DNA of 64,000 nucleotides from the human T2T-CHM13v2.0 reference genome, Homo sapiens (GCF_009914755.1 NC_060945.1), one strand, 5' to 3'; shown: positions 26,484 through 40,828, counted from the stretch's first letter. Notes: generated by a model from the sequence alone, not told the origin. Numbers and translations: made by a program.

Positions 26484-27219
26484 AAACCATCAGAAACCAG
26501 AGAGAAGGCAGACGCCTCAAGGTGACGCTGGCCAAGACCCAGACAGGCATCATGTGTCCCAGTGGAGACTGGCTCGTGATGACACCTGAGCCACAGACGA
26601 TCCCTCTCACACCTAGATGCTATCTAAGGCCGATGGCAACCGGATGCCACCCTGAGCATGAGGTAGGAGGCAATTAACCCCTGGTTGGCTGAATTGACCC
26701 AGAGAACGGAGTTGACCTTCAGTTATCAATGTTGAACATTCTTCTAAGAAGACGTGAGGAGAGCTTGAGATAGAAATTAAATTCAGACATACTCAGCATG
26801 TAAAAATAAGGGATGTTCCATCTGTTGCCCACCCGAGGATAATGGATTGACACTTCAGGGACTTTAGCAATATGCCAGGCACTGTGCTAAGTAACTGACA
26901 CTGATTAGACCGTTTAATAATTACAACTGAATGGGTGGTTAATGATTGTTATTTCATTGTTTTAGATGAGAAGCTCAGAAAAGTCAAGTAGCTTCGTTAA
27001 GATTGCACAACTAGTAAATGAGGGAATCGGGAGTGCTGGGATTTTTAAGGTGCATTTCCCTTCTGAATGGCTGAAAACTGCAAAGTAGAGTCAGTTAGAC
27101 ATCCAGCTATCAGCTTTATGCATTGGGTCCTATGGTAGAGAGAATGTATCTCAGGTCTGAGCCTGAACTTTCACCCTCATGCTCCTTCATAGCCCCATGT
27201 CTCCAGAGTCTGGGCTTCA

Positions 27220-30200
27220 GACATTGCCCTGGGTCAGGATTCCCAGGAAACAGACTCTGAGATGGAGATGTGCATGCAGGTGGTGACTGGGAATGGCTCT
27301 GAGGAACAGCCCCTGTGTGGGAGGGAGGGAGCAGGATGCCGCAGGAGAAATTAAAGTGCAATAGGGATGCAACTGAGGCCTCAGCTGATCTCACGGAGAG
27401 CTTTGAAGCTTGGGTGGCATTTCAGAGATGCCTTGAATTAAAGTTTTGGGACTGGGTCTTTGTATCCTAGCATCACTGGATGCAGTCACTGGATGCAGGC
27501 TACCCCTGGCGTCTGAGGAATGCGCACCCTGAACTGAGGGCAGGAGTTGGCCAACATACCACAGAACCACTGCAGTCCACCTGCAGCATTCCGCCACGTT
27601 CCAGAAGCTCGCTTGATGTGGGCAGAGCTCGTCTGGGACTTGGTTGGTCTCTTCCTGGATAAACCTACAATGGAAAGGTTATTGAGACAAACTGATGTCT
27701 CTGTGCTGAAGTGATCTTGGGACAATGACAGATACTCATGACCTCCCGCATCTACTACCCAGTCTTGATTCTCCTCACCCCCAGCTAGCACTGCTAGACT
27801 TAGACTTTGATGGTCCAGGGTGGGGGCTGCCCAGACTCTCATCCCTCGGGGTCTCCTTCCTCTGCTCACCATACCTTCCTTGGTTCACGACTGAGGTGCC
27901 CTCCATTTGTTATCAATATTCAGTCAGCAAGGACTAATAAACACCTCCGTGGATCATGTGGGTGCTGAAGGTGTTCTTCCTTCCTTCCATGTGCAACGGC
28001 AGGCTCTTTTTTTTTTTTTTTTGAGACGGGTCTCACTCTGTCGCCAGGCTGGAGTGCAGTGGTGCGATCTCTCGGCTCACTGGAACTTCCACCTCCCGGA
28101 TTCAAGCGATTCTCCTGTCTCAGTCTCCCGAGTAGCTGGGACTTTAGGTGCGCCCCACCATGCCCAGCTGATTTTTGTATTTTTAGTAGAGGCAGAGTTT
28201 CACCATGTTGGCCAAGATGGTCTCGATCTCTCGACCTTGTGATCTGCCCACCTCAGTCTCCCAAAGTGCTGAGATTACAGGCGTGAGCCACTGCACCCCA
28301 CCAGAAGCCTCTTTTTTAATGATTAGGGCCAATTAATCCTTTCAGATGGTGACACCTTTTCTTGCTGCTGGTTGTATGGCAAAAGAAGCCTGAAGTGTCA
28401 GGGAGGCAGTCCCAGCTTAATGTGTAATGAGACTCTCGCTGTGTCCCTTAGTGGGAAAAGTCCCCCTCTGGGGAGCTGCAACGATGGGAAGCACAGTTCT
28501 CTAAGTGAGCCACTGGGAGCAATCATAAGTAGGGCAGCACTCCTTCCAGCCACTGAATCCCATACTCATGGTAGACCTTCTGGGGACACAATACCATGCC
28601 TTTGTTATTGATTTCAAGAGAATATTGCATCTTGGAGTGTAGTGCCCCATCCTTGCAGGAGATTATCTCCAAGCTGTATCCTCAAAGGGTAGCTTCTTTG
28701 AGCTATCAGGACAGAAGCTCCAGGGCAGTGCGGGATGTGATAGGACTGGTGAACCCATGCTCACTTGCACGCTGTCAAACTTCTTTTGCTGTGAAGCGGG
28801 TCCCTGGGTCCAAAGGCAAGTCGTGCAGGATTCACGTGGGTGGACCAGACGTTTTGTAAACCCTCGGATAGTGATGGTGCCTGAAGTTCTGTGGAAAGGA
28901 AAGCCAAACTCCCACCAGGATATGAGTTAATTCCTGTCAAGCAGAATCATTCCCTTCCAGACTGGCTGGTTGGTCTCTGAGTGATTGTGCCATACTGGGG
29001 GCTCAGGGTTGTTCTCTGTGGCTTGCAGGTTGGGTATTTAGTAGCTAGATCAGCCTTGGTGAGTTGGAGACCATGCTGTTGGGTCCATGCATAGCCTCCT
29101 TCCCTGTCACCACAGCTGCTTCGTTCATGGGTTCATTGGGCCACTACTGGAGTGAGCAGTGAGTGAGGAGGGCTGAACCTCGGCTGGCTGAGTCATTCTC
29201 CCTCCTTGTTGTTTGATGTCTCTTCCACGGTGAATGCTGTCTTGGGGAAACTAACATAGAACATGACCATCTTTATGTTTAATGCTCATCCTGACAGGAC
29301 CATTCACAGGCCTCCTTGTCCCAAACTTTGAATTTTTCTTCTTGTAAGTCACTCAACAACCAGCCAAGCCATTCACCACTGCCAGTGAATCTATATGTGT
29401 TTTAACCTCGGGCCACTTTTGTTTCCGCTCCAAGTAGATGACATTGGGAAGAAGTCCCTCATTACGTCTTTCAGGGGCACCCTGAATTATCAGGGGCTGT
29501 AGTGCAGGAATAGTCCATTTTCAGCTAGTACCATGTAGCAAGTTTACCCATCTGCCATCTGTGAACCAAGCATTTCCCTCCCTGCTCAGCAGGTAAAAAG
29601 GGACAAGCCCCTTTCCCTGCCACCGTGTGGTCACAGGAGTTAACTGAAGGGAAAGCACTGGTTAGAAGTGGTGGATGACAGGCAGGGCTGGGTGTGGGAG
29701 AGTGTCTCGGACACCTGCCACTGCAACTTACAAGTGCCTTCTGGCCCTACTGGTGCTCCATCATGAGAATTATTTGCAGATTGCTTGTCTGACCTTATGA
29801 GTTAGGGGGTCCTGACCTGAACCCAGGTCATGGTGGGCTGGCTGCATGGTCCTTGTTGCCATGGTTAGGTAGCAGGACAAAGCTTTTTTCAAATAGTGCA
29901 TATTTTTCTGCTGCTAATGATGTGAGCTTGCTCTAGACCTAAGGGTCTGTGCTGTGATTCTCCTGTTGAGACTTGTCTTAACTGCCACCTGGTGTCTTTT
30001 CCCACTAGGGCCTGCCGGGCTGTATGGGCCCAACAGCAGGGACACTTGCACCTCAGCCTGGACCTGCTGCCCTGCTCTTCCTTCTCTGGGTCTCATGCAA
30101 AACTGGCATCTTTCATGTCGCAGGATAAGTGTGTTTCAGCAATGTTCCCAAGGGTGGGAAATGCTGCCTCCAGAATCCAGAGAAGTCTGCTGGGCCTTGT

Positions 30201-30930
30201 GCTTCCTTCTTAAAGGTGGGAGGTGTAAGGTGCAATAATTTTATGTTTTACTTTAGAGGGAATGTCCCAGCAAGCCCCAGACCACTGGATCCTTACAAAC
30301 ATACTGATCTATGGGGTTCCTGATCTTCATAGGGTTTCTCTCTTATCTTTCTTCCCACCTCCTGGCAACATACTTGTTGCATTTTGTTCATTCAGCCTTA
30401 ATGTGTCCACATAGTGGACCAACATGATGCACTGTGGAATGTCCACAAGGTCCCGGTCTTTTCAGCCTGTATCCTGACAGAGAGCTGGAGAATTAACATC
30501 GCCCTGGGAAGAGCTGTGAATGAGTACTGCTATCCATCCCACGTGAGCGCGAGCTGCTCCTACTCCTCTCTGCTGATAAAGAGGAGAAACCGCATTCATC
30601 GGTTGCTTGGCTGTGTGCCTTGTCTATGGTCACTGGCTCTAGAAAAAGTTCTACATGGGCTCAGCAGCTGTGCTTGGGACTACACTTAGGTGAGTTTGCA
30701 GTACTTCACTTTCACCTTCTAAGATGTCTGTGGCTTGGAAGCAGCCTGATTAGTGAATGAAAAAGGGATATGATGGAATCCATTGGCCTTGCTTCCCTTG
30801 CATCTACTGTTTCCCTTGGGATACAATATTGTTTTTGATTTACTGTCTTGGCCTGAAGGCAAACATAAGTTTTTGCTTGGCTTACCCCACTGTGATAGCT
30901 CTTACTCTGCAGAACAAGGAATCTATACAT
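27220..30930 (-). mobile_element. Decayed ERV-L provirus (LTR16-like LTR plus internal pol remnant)
   Basis: Minus strand 30390-30545 encodes frameshifted RT motifs Y-S-F-T-A-L-P-Q-G-D-V-N-S-P-A-L-C and L-V-H-Y-V-D-(D); LTR16-like start CCCAGGAAACAGACTCTGAGATGGAG. Confidence 0.7.
28006..28303 (-). mobile_element. AluSc-like, full length
   Basis: CTGTCGCCAGG and CCAAGATGGTCTCGATCTC diagnostics. Confidence 0.93.
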
Positions 30931-30931
30931 G

Positions 30932-31370
30932 GTGTATTTGTTTACTAGGGCTGACATAATAAGTATCACACACTGGGTGGCTTAAACATAAGAAATGTAT
31001 TGTCTCAGTCCTGGAGGCCAGAAGCCTGAGGGCTGGCTCCTCTGAGGTCACAAGAGGAGATCTACTCCAGGCTCTCCCACAGCTTCTGCTGGTTGCTGCA
31101 GCTGCTGGTGAGCTTTGGCTTATAGAAGCATCACTGGGGTCTGTGCCTTCTTCTTCACGTGGTATCCTTCTTGTGTGTGTGTGTCTGTGTGTAAATTTCT
31201 GTTTTATAAGGACACCAGGCACATGGGTTAGGGCTCACCCTAGTGACCTTATCTTAACTCATTACATCTGCAATGACCCTTTTTTCAAATAAGTTCACAT
31301 TCTGAGGTACTGAACATCAGGACTCCGATATATAATTTTGTTTGGGGGAAGACTCAATTCAGCCCATAAC
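30932..31370 (-). mobile_element. MLT1B/C-type LTR
   Basis: TTTTATAAGGACACCAG...TTACATCTGCAATGACCC motifs. Confidence 0.8.
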
Positions 31371-31476
31371 TTGTGGGTTCTACCAACTGTCAAGTGTGCC
31401 CACCCCAATTACACATGGTGGATGGGGAAGCACCCACTGGGTGAGTCTACGGGCCTGATGGGCCTGGGCCAGGACT

Positions 31477-31889
<413 letters not shown>

Positions 31890-32452
31890 AGTTAATAATT
31901 TCTTATGCTATAAAGGCCTCTTTCTAAATGTAAATACATGCTTTTGTTTTCATCTGAGCCATAGCATTCCAACTTAGTTTTAGTCCAAGTTATGGAGGTC
32001 CACGTATTTATTTTCTTAATAATCATCTCTAGCACTCCTTCATTCCTTCATCCATTTATTTTCCATTGAGTGCTTATCCATGACAGGTAGTGTCCTAGAT
32101 TCTGAGGATACGTTGTAAACAAATAAGAAAATAGATCCTTGCTCTTGTATAGTACACAGAGTGTTATGGCTAATTTTAGCTTGGATTATGGAAGTATAAA
32201 TACAATTTCATTTTATGCAAGAAGAAAATATGGCTGGAAGATGATCATTCACGGGCTTTATAATTAGCATAATTTACAGTCTTCTTCCAACTTTAGGGTG
32301 AGAATTCACCGGATTACTGAGTTACCCAACCTCACTGAATCAAATGAAATGTGGGTGTGTGTGGGGGGGTGGCTGGGGAGGGAACCAACCCGGGGATGTT
32401 ATTAAAGTAAAATTTTATAGGAAGTCTTTCTCATTCAGTATATCACCCTGCA

Positions 32453-32466
32453 GTGCCACCTGGCGG
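32453..32466 (-). promoter_or_regulatory. Strong CTCF core motif
   Basis: Minus strand CCGCCAGGTGGCAC matches the CTCF consensus CC(A/G)CCAGGTGGC(A/G)C, in non-repeat DNA. Confidence 0.7.
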
Positions 32467-32800
32467 TTACAATGAAGGAAACCATTTCAATCCACACTGA
32501 TAATTGTAGGAACCTGGAAACTGTGGGGGCTCCCATGCACTCATTTCCCAAGAGGGTGTCAGGAGGGTCGTGCACTAGAGCCCGCAGTGAGTACCTGTCT
32601 CAGTGCTTAGTTGCACCACTGCGGAGGAGGCATCATCCAGCCTGAAAGTGCCCTCCCTCATGACTCGTCCCTCCCCTAATACAAACACCGCACAGGTGGG
32701 GTCCAACCATAAGTCCCCACCCCTTACCACAGCTTAGACTCATTTGTTTGTGTGATTTATTTTATTTTCATTTTGTTACTAGCCACTCTAAAAACGAGAA

Positions 32801-35610
32801 TTTTTTTTTCTTTTTTTAAAAAAATTTATTTTAGGTTTGGGGGTACATGTGAAGGTTTTTTACGTAGATAAACACGTGTCATGGGGGCTTGTTGTACCTA
32901 TTTTTACATCACCCAGATATTAAGCCCAGTACCCAATAGTTATCTTTTCTGCTCCTCTCTCTCCTCCCACCCTCTCCGCTCAAGCAGACCCCACTGTCTG
33001 CTGTTTCCTTCTTTGTGTTCGTAAGTTCTTATCATTTAGCTCCCGCTTGTAAGTGAGAAAATGCAGTATTTGGTTTTCTGTTCCTGCATTAGTTTGCTAA
33101 GGATGATAGCCTCCAGCTCCATCTGTGTTCCAGCGAAACACATGATCTTGTTCTTCTTTATGGTTGCATAATATTCTATGGTGTATATGTACCACATTTT
33201 CTTTATCCAGTCTGTCACTGATGGGCATTTAGGTTGATTCTATGTCTTTGCTATGGTGAACAGTGCTGCAATGAACATTTATGTGCATGCGTCTTTATGG
33301 CAGAATTATTTATATTCCTCTGGGTATTTACCCATTAATGGGATTGCTTGGTCAAATGCTAGTTCTGCTTTTAGCTTTTTGAGGAATCACCACACTGCTT
33401 TTCACAATGGTTGAACTAATTTACACTCCCACTAACAGTGTATAAGAATTCCCTTTTCTCTGCAACCTAGCCATTATCTGTTATTTTTTTGACTTTTTAG
33501 TAATAGCCATTCTGACTTGTGTGAGATGGTATCTCACTGTGGTTTTGATTTGTATTTCTCTCATGATCAGTGATATTGAGCTTTTTTTCATATGCTTCTT
33601 GGACGCATGTATGTCTTCTGTTGAGAAGTGTCTGTTTATGTCTTATGCCCACTTTTTAATAGGATTGTTTTTCTCTTGTAAATTTAAGTTCCTTACAGAT
33701 GCTGGATATTAGACCTTTGTCAGATGCATAGTTTGCAAATAGTTTTTCCCATTTTGCAGGCTGTATGTTTACTCTGTTGATAGTTTCTTTTGCTGTGCAG
33801 AAGGTCTTAAGTTTAATTAGATACCATTTGTCAATTTTTGCATTTGTTGTGATTGCTTTTGGTGTCTTTGTCATGAAATCTGCCTGTTCCTAGGTCCAAG
33901 ATGGTATTGCCTAGGTTGTCTTCCAAGGTTCTTATAGTTTTGGGTTTTACATTTAAGTCTTCAATCCATCTTGAGCTGATTTGTGTATATGGTGTAAGGA
34001 AGGGGTCCAGCTTCAATCTTCTGCATATGGCTAGCCAGTTGTCCCAGCACCACTTATTGAGTAGGGAGTCTTTTCCGCATTGCTTGCTTTTGTCAACTTT
34101 GTCAAAGATCAGATGGTCGTAGATGTGCAGCCTTATTTCTGGGCTCTCTATTCTGTTCCATTGGTCTATATGCCTGTTTTTGTACCAGTACCATGCTATT
34201 TTGGACACTGTAGCCTTGTAGTATAGTTTGAAATCAGGTAACATAATTCCTCCAGATTTGTTCTTTTTGCTTAGATTGCCTTGACTATTTGGGCTCTTTT
34301 TTGGTTCCATATAAGTTTTAAAATATTTTTTTCTAGTTCTGTGAAGAATGTCATTGGTACTTTTATAGGAATAACATTGAATCTGTAAATTGCTTTGGGT
34401 GGTATAGCCATTTTAATGATATTGATTCATCTAATCCATGAGCATGCAGTGTTTTTCCATTTGTTTGTGTCTGTTCTGATTTCTTTGAGCAGTAATTCTT
34501 TTATAATTCTCATTGTAGAGATCTTTCACATCCCTGGTTAGCTGTATTCCTGGGTATTTTTTTTTTGTGTGTGTCACAATTGAGAGTGGGATTGCCTTTC
34601 TGATTTGGCTCTCAGTTTGGTTGTTCCTGGTGTATAGGAATGCTAGTGATTTTTGTACATTGATTTTATATCTTGCAACTTTGCTGAAGTTGTTTATCAG
34701 CTGAAGAAGCTTTGGGGCTGAAACTATAGGGTTTTCTATGTATAAAACCATGTCATCTACAAAAAGAGATAAGTTTGACTTCCTCTCTTCCTATTTGGAT
34801 ACCCTTTCTTTCTTTCTCTTGACTGATTGCTCTGGTTAGGACTTCCAATACTATGCTGAATGGAAGTGGTGAGAGAGGGTATTCTTGTCTTGTGCTGATT
34901 TTCAAGGGGAATGCTTCCAGCTTTTGCCCATTCGGTATAATGTTGGCTGTGGGTTTGTCATAGATGGTTCTTATTATTTTGAGGTATATTCCTTCAATAC
35001 CTCGTTTATTGAGAGTTTTTAACACAAATGGATGTTGAATTTTATCAAAAGCCTTTTCTGCATTTGTTGAGATAATCATATGGTTTTTGTCTTTAGTTCT
35101 ATTTATGTGATGAATCACATTTATTGATTTTCATATGTTGAACCAGGCTTGCATCCTGGGGATGAAGCCTACTTGTTTGTGGTGGATTAACTTTTTGATG
35201 TGCTGCTGGATTCGGTTTGCAAGTACTTTGTTGAAGATTTTTGCATGGATGTTTATCAAGGGTATTGGCCTGAAGTTTTCTTTTTTTGTTGTGTCTGTGC
35301 CAGATTTTGGTATCAATATGATGCTGGCCTCATAGAATGAGTTGGGGAGAAATCTTCTTCCTCAATTTTTTGGAATAGTTTCTGTAGGAGTGGTACCAGC
35401 TCTTCTTTGTACATCTGGTAGAATTGGGCTCTGAATTCATCACATCCTGGGCTTTTTTTGATTAGCAGGCTATTTATTACTGATTCAGTTTTGCAGCTCC
35501 TTATTGGTCTGTTCCCGGAATCCATTTCTTCCTGGCCCAATCTTGGGAGGGTGTATGTGTCCAGGAATTTATCCATCTCTTCTAGGTTTTCTAGTTTGTG
35601 TGCATAGAGG
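32801..35610 (-). mobile_element. Older L1PA, 5'-truncated (~2.8 kb), with broken ORF2 (RT and C-terminal region)
   Basis: ORF fragments [50 protein letters not shown]; T tail; degenerate TSD AAACGAGAATTT/AAATGAAAATTT. Confidence 0.95.
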
Positions 35611-35659
35611 TCAAATGAAAATTTCTGTATTTCTTTCTTTCCTTCTTTTTGTGTTGAAA

Positions 35660-35756
35660 GAAGCTCTTGCTATGTTGCCCAGGCTGGTCTTGCACTCCTG
35701 GGCTCAAGCAATCCTCCTGCCTCAGCCTCCCGTGTAGCTGGGGCTACAGGTGTGTG
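35660..35756 (-). mobile_element. FLAM/Alu monomer fragment
   Basis: TTGCCCAGGCTGGTCTTG...GCCTCAGCCTCCC. Confidence 0.8.
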
Positions 35757-36520
35757 CTTTTTATTGCACTTTTCTTCCACCTGACTGTAAGCTCCATGAG
35801 GGCAGAAGCCATGTCTGTTTCACATCCTCAAGGCACCAAAACCAGTATCTGATACATGATATGTGCTCTCTGTGTGTTGAAAGAGTGAATGGGTGTAGGG
35901 GGTGCCTGTGTTGTAAATCATGTTCTGGAGGTGACCTCATTTCCTTGGAGGCTTCCTCTGGATCAGGTCAGGCATATGATGAATCCCTAGGCTCTCTTTG
36001 CCAGCGTGGTGGCAGGTTCTCTTCCAGGTCTTGTTCAGGCTGATAATTGATCAGCAGTAATTGATATGAGGAGAGACAGAAGAAACAGACAGGAACTAGA
36101 ATCCATAGATTCCTGTGCATGCAATATACACCAATACGACTTAACACTGCTGCACATCACACCACTCTCACTAAGGGTCACTGGTCCCTAAAATATTTTC
36201 CTACAGGTATTACATGTAGACCACATAAAACAATCTATTTGGCTTGGTGTTCATGTGTTCTTCCCGCCATGCCATAGGGCCTGCTCTGTGCTCCAGCCAC
36301 TGAGGTTAGTGAGGCTGATAGGGAGTCATTTCCACTGGCAACACCCTGGGCCAAGCGTTATTCTCATAGTCACGAAGCAATCCTTGGCAATTCGACATGT
36401 GGAAACATCTTCATGATTTAGCTTTTGATTAAACTTTTTTTGTCTTAGACTTTTTAAAAATAACCTTTTTCCTTTAGAATAGTTTTATACATACAGAAAC
36501 ATTGTGAATATAGTATAGAT

Positions 36521-36899
36521 CAGCAGTCCCCAACCTTTTTGACACCAGGAATCATTTTCATGGAAGACAATTTTTCCACAGACCTGAGGTGAGGGAGACG
36601 GTTTCAGGATAAAACTGTTCCACCTCAGATCATCAGGCACTAGATTCTTATAAGAAGCACACAACCTAGATGCCTCTCACGCACAGTTCACAATAGGGTT
36701 CACACTTCTATGAGAGTCTGATGCCACCACTGATCTGACAGGAGGCTGAGCTCAGGCAGTAATGTGAGCAATGTGGAGTGGCTATAAATACAGATGAAGC
36801 TTTGCTTATTCACCAGCCACTCACCTCCTGCTGTGAAGAGCAGTTCCTAACGGGCCACAGACCAGGACCAGTTTATGGCCCAGGGGTTGGGGACCCCTG
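36521..36899 (+). mobile_element. MER1 (MER1B-like) hAT-Charlie transposon inside an L1MC fragment
   Basis: TIRs CAGCAGTCCCCAACC ... GGTTGGGGACCCCTG; degenerate 8-bp TSD GTATAGAT/GAATAGAA. Confidence 0.9.
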
Positions 36900-36971
36900 G
36901 AATAGAAGGTTCCCATATACTCCATACCCAATTTCCCCCATAATTAACATCTTACATAAGTATGGTACGTG

Positions 36972-37375
36972 AAAAACATCAGACAAATCTCAATTGAGAA
37001 ACATTCAACAGGAAACTTGACCAGTACTGCTCATAACTGTCCTAGTGGCCAGAAACAAAAAGGCCAGAGAAGTTACAGCCAAGTAGAGCATAAGAAGACA
37101 TGATGACTAGTCTAATGTGGTGTCCTGGATGGAATTCAAGAGAGGAAAAGGGCATTAGGGAAAAACTGAGCGAATAAATCTGAATAAAGTATGGACTTTG
37201 GTTAATATTCATGTGTCAATATTGGTTCTCATCAATTGTGACATGTTTACCATACTAAGGTAAGATGTTAATAACAGGGGAACTGTGAGTGGGGGTACAT
37301 GGGAATTCTCTGTATGATCATATTACTTTTTTTGTGAATCTAAAACTACTCTAAAATAATTTTATTTAACAACAA
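36972..37375 (+). mobile_element. L1MC 3' end
   Basis: AAACATCAGACAAATC...TCTAAAACTACTCTAAAATAA. Confidence 0.75.
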
Positions 37376-38143
37376 CAAAAAATCAGATACTTCAAAACAA
37401 AACAAACAAAACCAACCACAGCCACCCAAAGAGAACACAGCCTTATGTCACGTGGCTGGTGGATTGAACTGCAGGTGGAAGTAACTTAACCTGTAGAACG
37501 AGACATTTTAAACCATATCTTTCATTGAAAGAAAAGTTTTCCAAATGGGAGATTAAATTAGTGAAGCATCTTATAAACTTTATCATAAATATTTGAATTA
37601 AAAGATGACACAGTAGAGTGAGAAGAATACAGGGAGACTCTGAAGTCAATGTTAAAGACAAAACTCGTGGCCTCCCAATAGCAATAGCATGACTCTTGGC
37701 AATATCGTGAGATCTTTATAGCTTCCGTTTAGTCCCGGTAAAGTGAGTATAATAATACCCACCTCTTATCATTGTAAGGCTGATTGAATGAGACTGTAGG
37801 TACAGCCCCCTACAAAGTACCTGGCACAGGAAAGCAATCGTTCCACCCAGGCAATTCTGAAATCTGTAAAACAGAAAACCAAGAAGGGGTGCTGGAACTC
37901 GGCACCAGTGCAAGTTCAGGCGGAAGTCCTGCTTTTTCTGGGAAGCCTCCTTTCTGCTCTTAAAGCTGTTCAACTGATTGGATCAAGCCCACTCAGACTA
38001 TCTGGATAATCTCTTTTACTTCAAATCAAATTAATGTTAATCACATCTACAGAATGCCTTCCCAGAAACACCCTTATTAGTGTTTGATTGAATAATTGGG
38101 GACTAGAGCCTGGCCATGATGACACCAAACCTGGCCATCTGTC

Positions 38144-38290
38144 CCTTCCTTCCTTCCTTCCTTCCTTCCTTCCTTCCTTCCTTCCTTCCTTCCTTCCACC
38201 CACCCATCCATTCATTTTTCCATTTATCCTTTCTTCTTTCCATCCATCCTTCCATTCCACCCATCCACCCATCCATCCATCTACCTGCCT
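38144..38290. repeat. (CTTC)n followed by (CCAT)n low-complexity repeat
   Basis: Visible directly. Confidence 0.9.
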
Positions 38291-38371
38291 ATTTATCATG
38301 AACACTGTTCTCCTGTACTATAACTGAATGAAAGGTCATACCCATTAAAAAAATTCTGAGTTATATGGGTC

Positions 38372-38588
38372 AAGGTGAGCACACTTACTTTGTAAATTGC
38401 CAGGTAGTAAATATTTTCAGCTTTGTGGTCCCTTTGTCTCCGTCACAACTCCTCAGTACAGTTGTTGAGTACAAAAGCAGCCACAGACAATATGTGAGTG
38501 AGTAGGCATGACTCTGTCTGATGGAACTTTACACAAAATGGATGCCAGGTGGGACTTTGCCCATGGGCTGTGGCTAGCTGACTTCTGA
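38372..38588. mobile_element. MER58-type hAT MITE
   Basis: GCCAGGTAGTAAATATTTTCAGCTTTGTGG...GCAGCCACAGACAATATG. Confidence 0.7.
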
Positions 38589-39486
38589 TATAGATCAGTT
38601 GTAAAGATATGTTTTTAGAAAGCACTGACTGAGTGGAAAGGGAAGCTAGTGAAAGAAGCTTGCCTATGGTAGGTCTACAAAAAAGAGACAAAGGGAAGAG
38701 CACTTTATTAGGGCTCAGAGCAAGGCAGGAGTGTGAGACCATGACAAGTGCTGTACTCAATGCACCCTCAGTCATGCTGTCACCAATCGTCGGGTTTTCC
38801 TCCTTCCAGGCACATGACCTTCTCTGCCCCGTTGAAGTAAGCTGTTGCCATGTGATTTGATTTGGACACTGAAATATGAGCAGAAATATTATGGGGGAAA
38901 CTTTAAGAGCAGCCCATGTTTGTCACATTTCTGTCCCTACAGCAGCAGTTTTAGGATGAAGCTTCTACCAACCTGAGTGTCTGAGTAAGATGAGCAGAAT
39001 TCCCTCACCCACCAATGCTATGTGAGTAAAAAATAAACTTTGGTTGTATTAAGCCCCCAGTATTTTGGGATTGTTACCAAACAGAAGCTGGCCTATCCTG
39101 TCTGATATACCTAACGACACCAACAATATTTAACTAAAATTTCATCCCTTGTATCTTTTGTATGCTACCTTATCTGTATGCTACCTCTGTCTTTTGTATG
39201 CTACCTTATTTGTCTTCATAACACTTTCTACCACCTTACATATATTTATCTATTCATTTACTTGTCTGTTTTCTCTGCTAGAATACAAGCTTCCCCAAAG
39301 CAGGGACTTCTGATAATTGCTCTTAAAGCTTGGAATGATTTACTATGTGACATAATCAACATCACCAAAAGCATCAACAACACAAATAAGCATATGTGTA
39401 GTCCTCACAAAGCTATGTGAGGTAGATAGTATTATTAACCTTGTTTTTCCTTATAGGTGAATTATTCTCATTTTACCTATAAAAAT

Positions 39487-40030
39487 GCATTAGTTATCTA
39501 TTGCTATGTAACAAATTGCCGCAAAAGCAGCTTAAAACATCACACGTTTATTAGGTGTGAGTCAGGTGTCTGGGCACAACTTGTTGGTCCTTTGTTCAGG
39601 GTTTCTTGCGAGACTTCAATCAAGGCACTGGTGAGGGCTAGGGCCTCATCTGAAGGCTCCACTGGGGAAGGATAGGACTTTGAAGCTCACATGGCTATTG
39701 GCAAGCCTTTATTTCTTGCAGGCTGTTGGACTGAGGGCTGAAGTTTCTAGCTGGCTGTTCAGGAGAGTCTGCCCTCAGTCTTGATTGCTTGCCATGTGGG
39801 TGTCTCCAACATGACTATGTGCACCATCCAAGTGCACCTGCTGAGAAGGGAATAGAGAGATTCTGCTAGCAAGATGGAAGCTGCAATCCCATGGAATCAC
39901 AGAAGTGACTTTTGCTGCAATCTGTGAGTTAGAGAAGCAAGTCAGAAGTCCCAGCCCCACTCAAAGGGAGGAAATTACACAGAGTATGATTACTGGAGGC
40001 AGGGATTACTGAGACCATCTGAGAGTTTGC
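39487..40030 (-). mobile_element. MLT1F/G-type LTR
   Basis: TGCATTAGTTATCTATTGCTATGTAACAAATT terminus. Confidence 0.7.
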
Positions 40031-40291
40031 CTTCAAGAAGGAACTTGGAATTCAGAGAGGTCACAGAGTGGGTCAGTGGTACAGATCGTGTCACCCTGAC
40101 CTCACTGAGACCTGACAGAACTATAAAGGTTATGGGTCAAAAGGTAGAATGTATTCCCTAAAGCAAGGCACAAGTATTAATTTTGTTCCAATTAGGGCCA
40201 GAATCAGGATCTTGAGTACAAAGTTCACACATCTTCTTTGTAAAAAAATATGAAATCAGAAATGAATCTTTAAGAAATTAGCTGTTGATTA

Positions 40292-40642
<351 letters not shown>

Positions 40643-40828
40643 TTAATAATAGAATTAAGTGGAAATATTTTCACTTATTCCTCTTTATATGAGTACTTTT
40701 ATTTGGTGCAACAATGTACCCAGCTAAAAGAATACATTTCTCATTTTCCTTTGCAGGAGGTGTAGACATTTGACTAAATTCTAGCTACTGTGTTATGTGG
40801 GCTTCTTGGAAGATTCCTTATAGCTCGG

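Noticed and set aside
25316-27498. Short 13-16 bp tandem duplications (CCAGTGTCATCATA x2 at ~25316; CACTGGATGCAG x2 at ~27473)
   Set aside because: Common slippage events with no further structure
33036-35576. Functional L1 ORF2
   Set aside because: 5'-truncated, with multiple frameshifts and a degenerate RT motif
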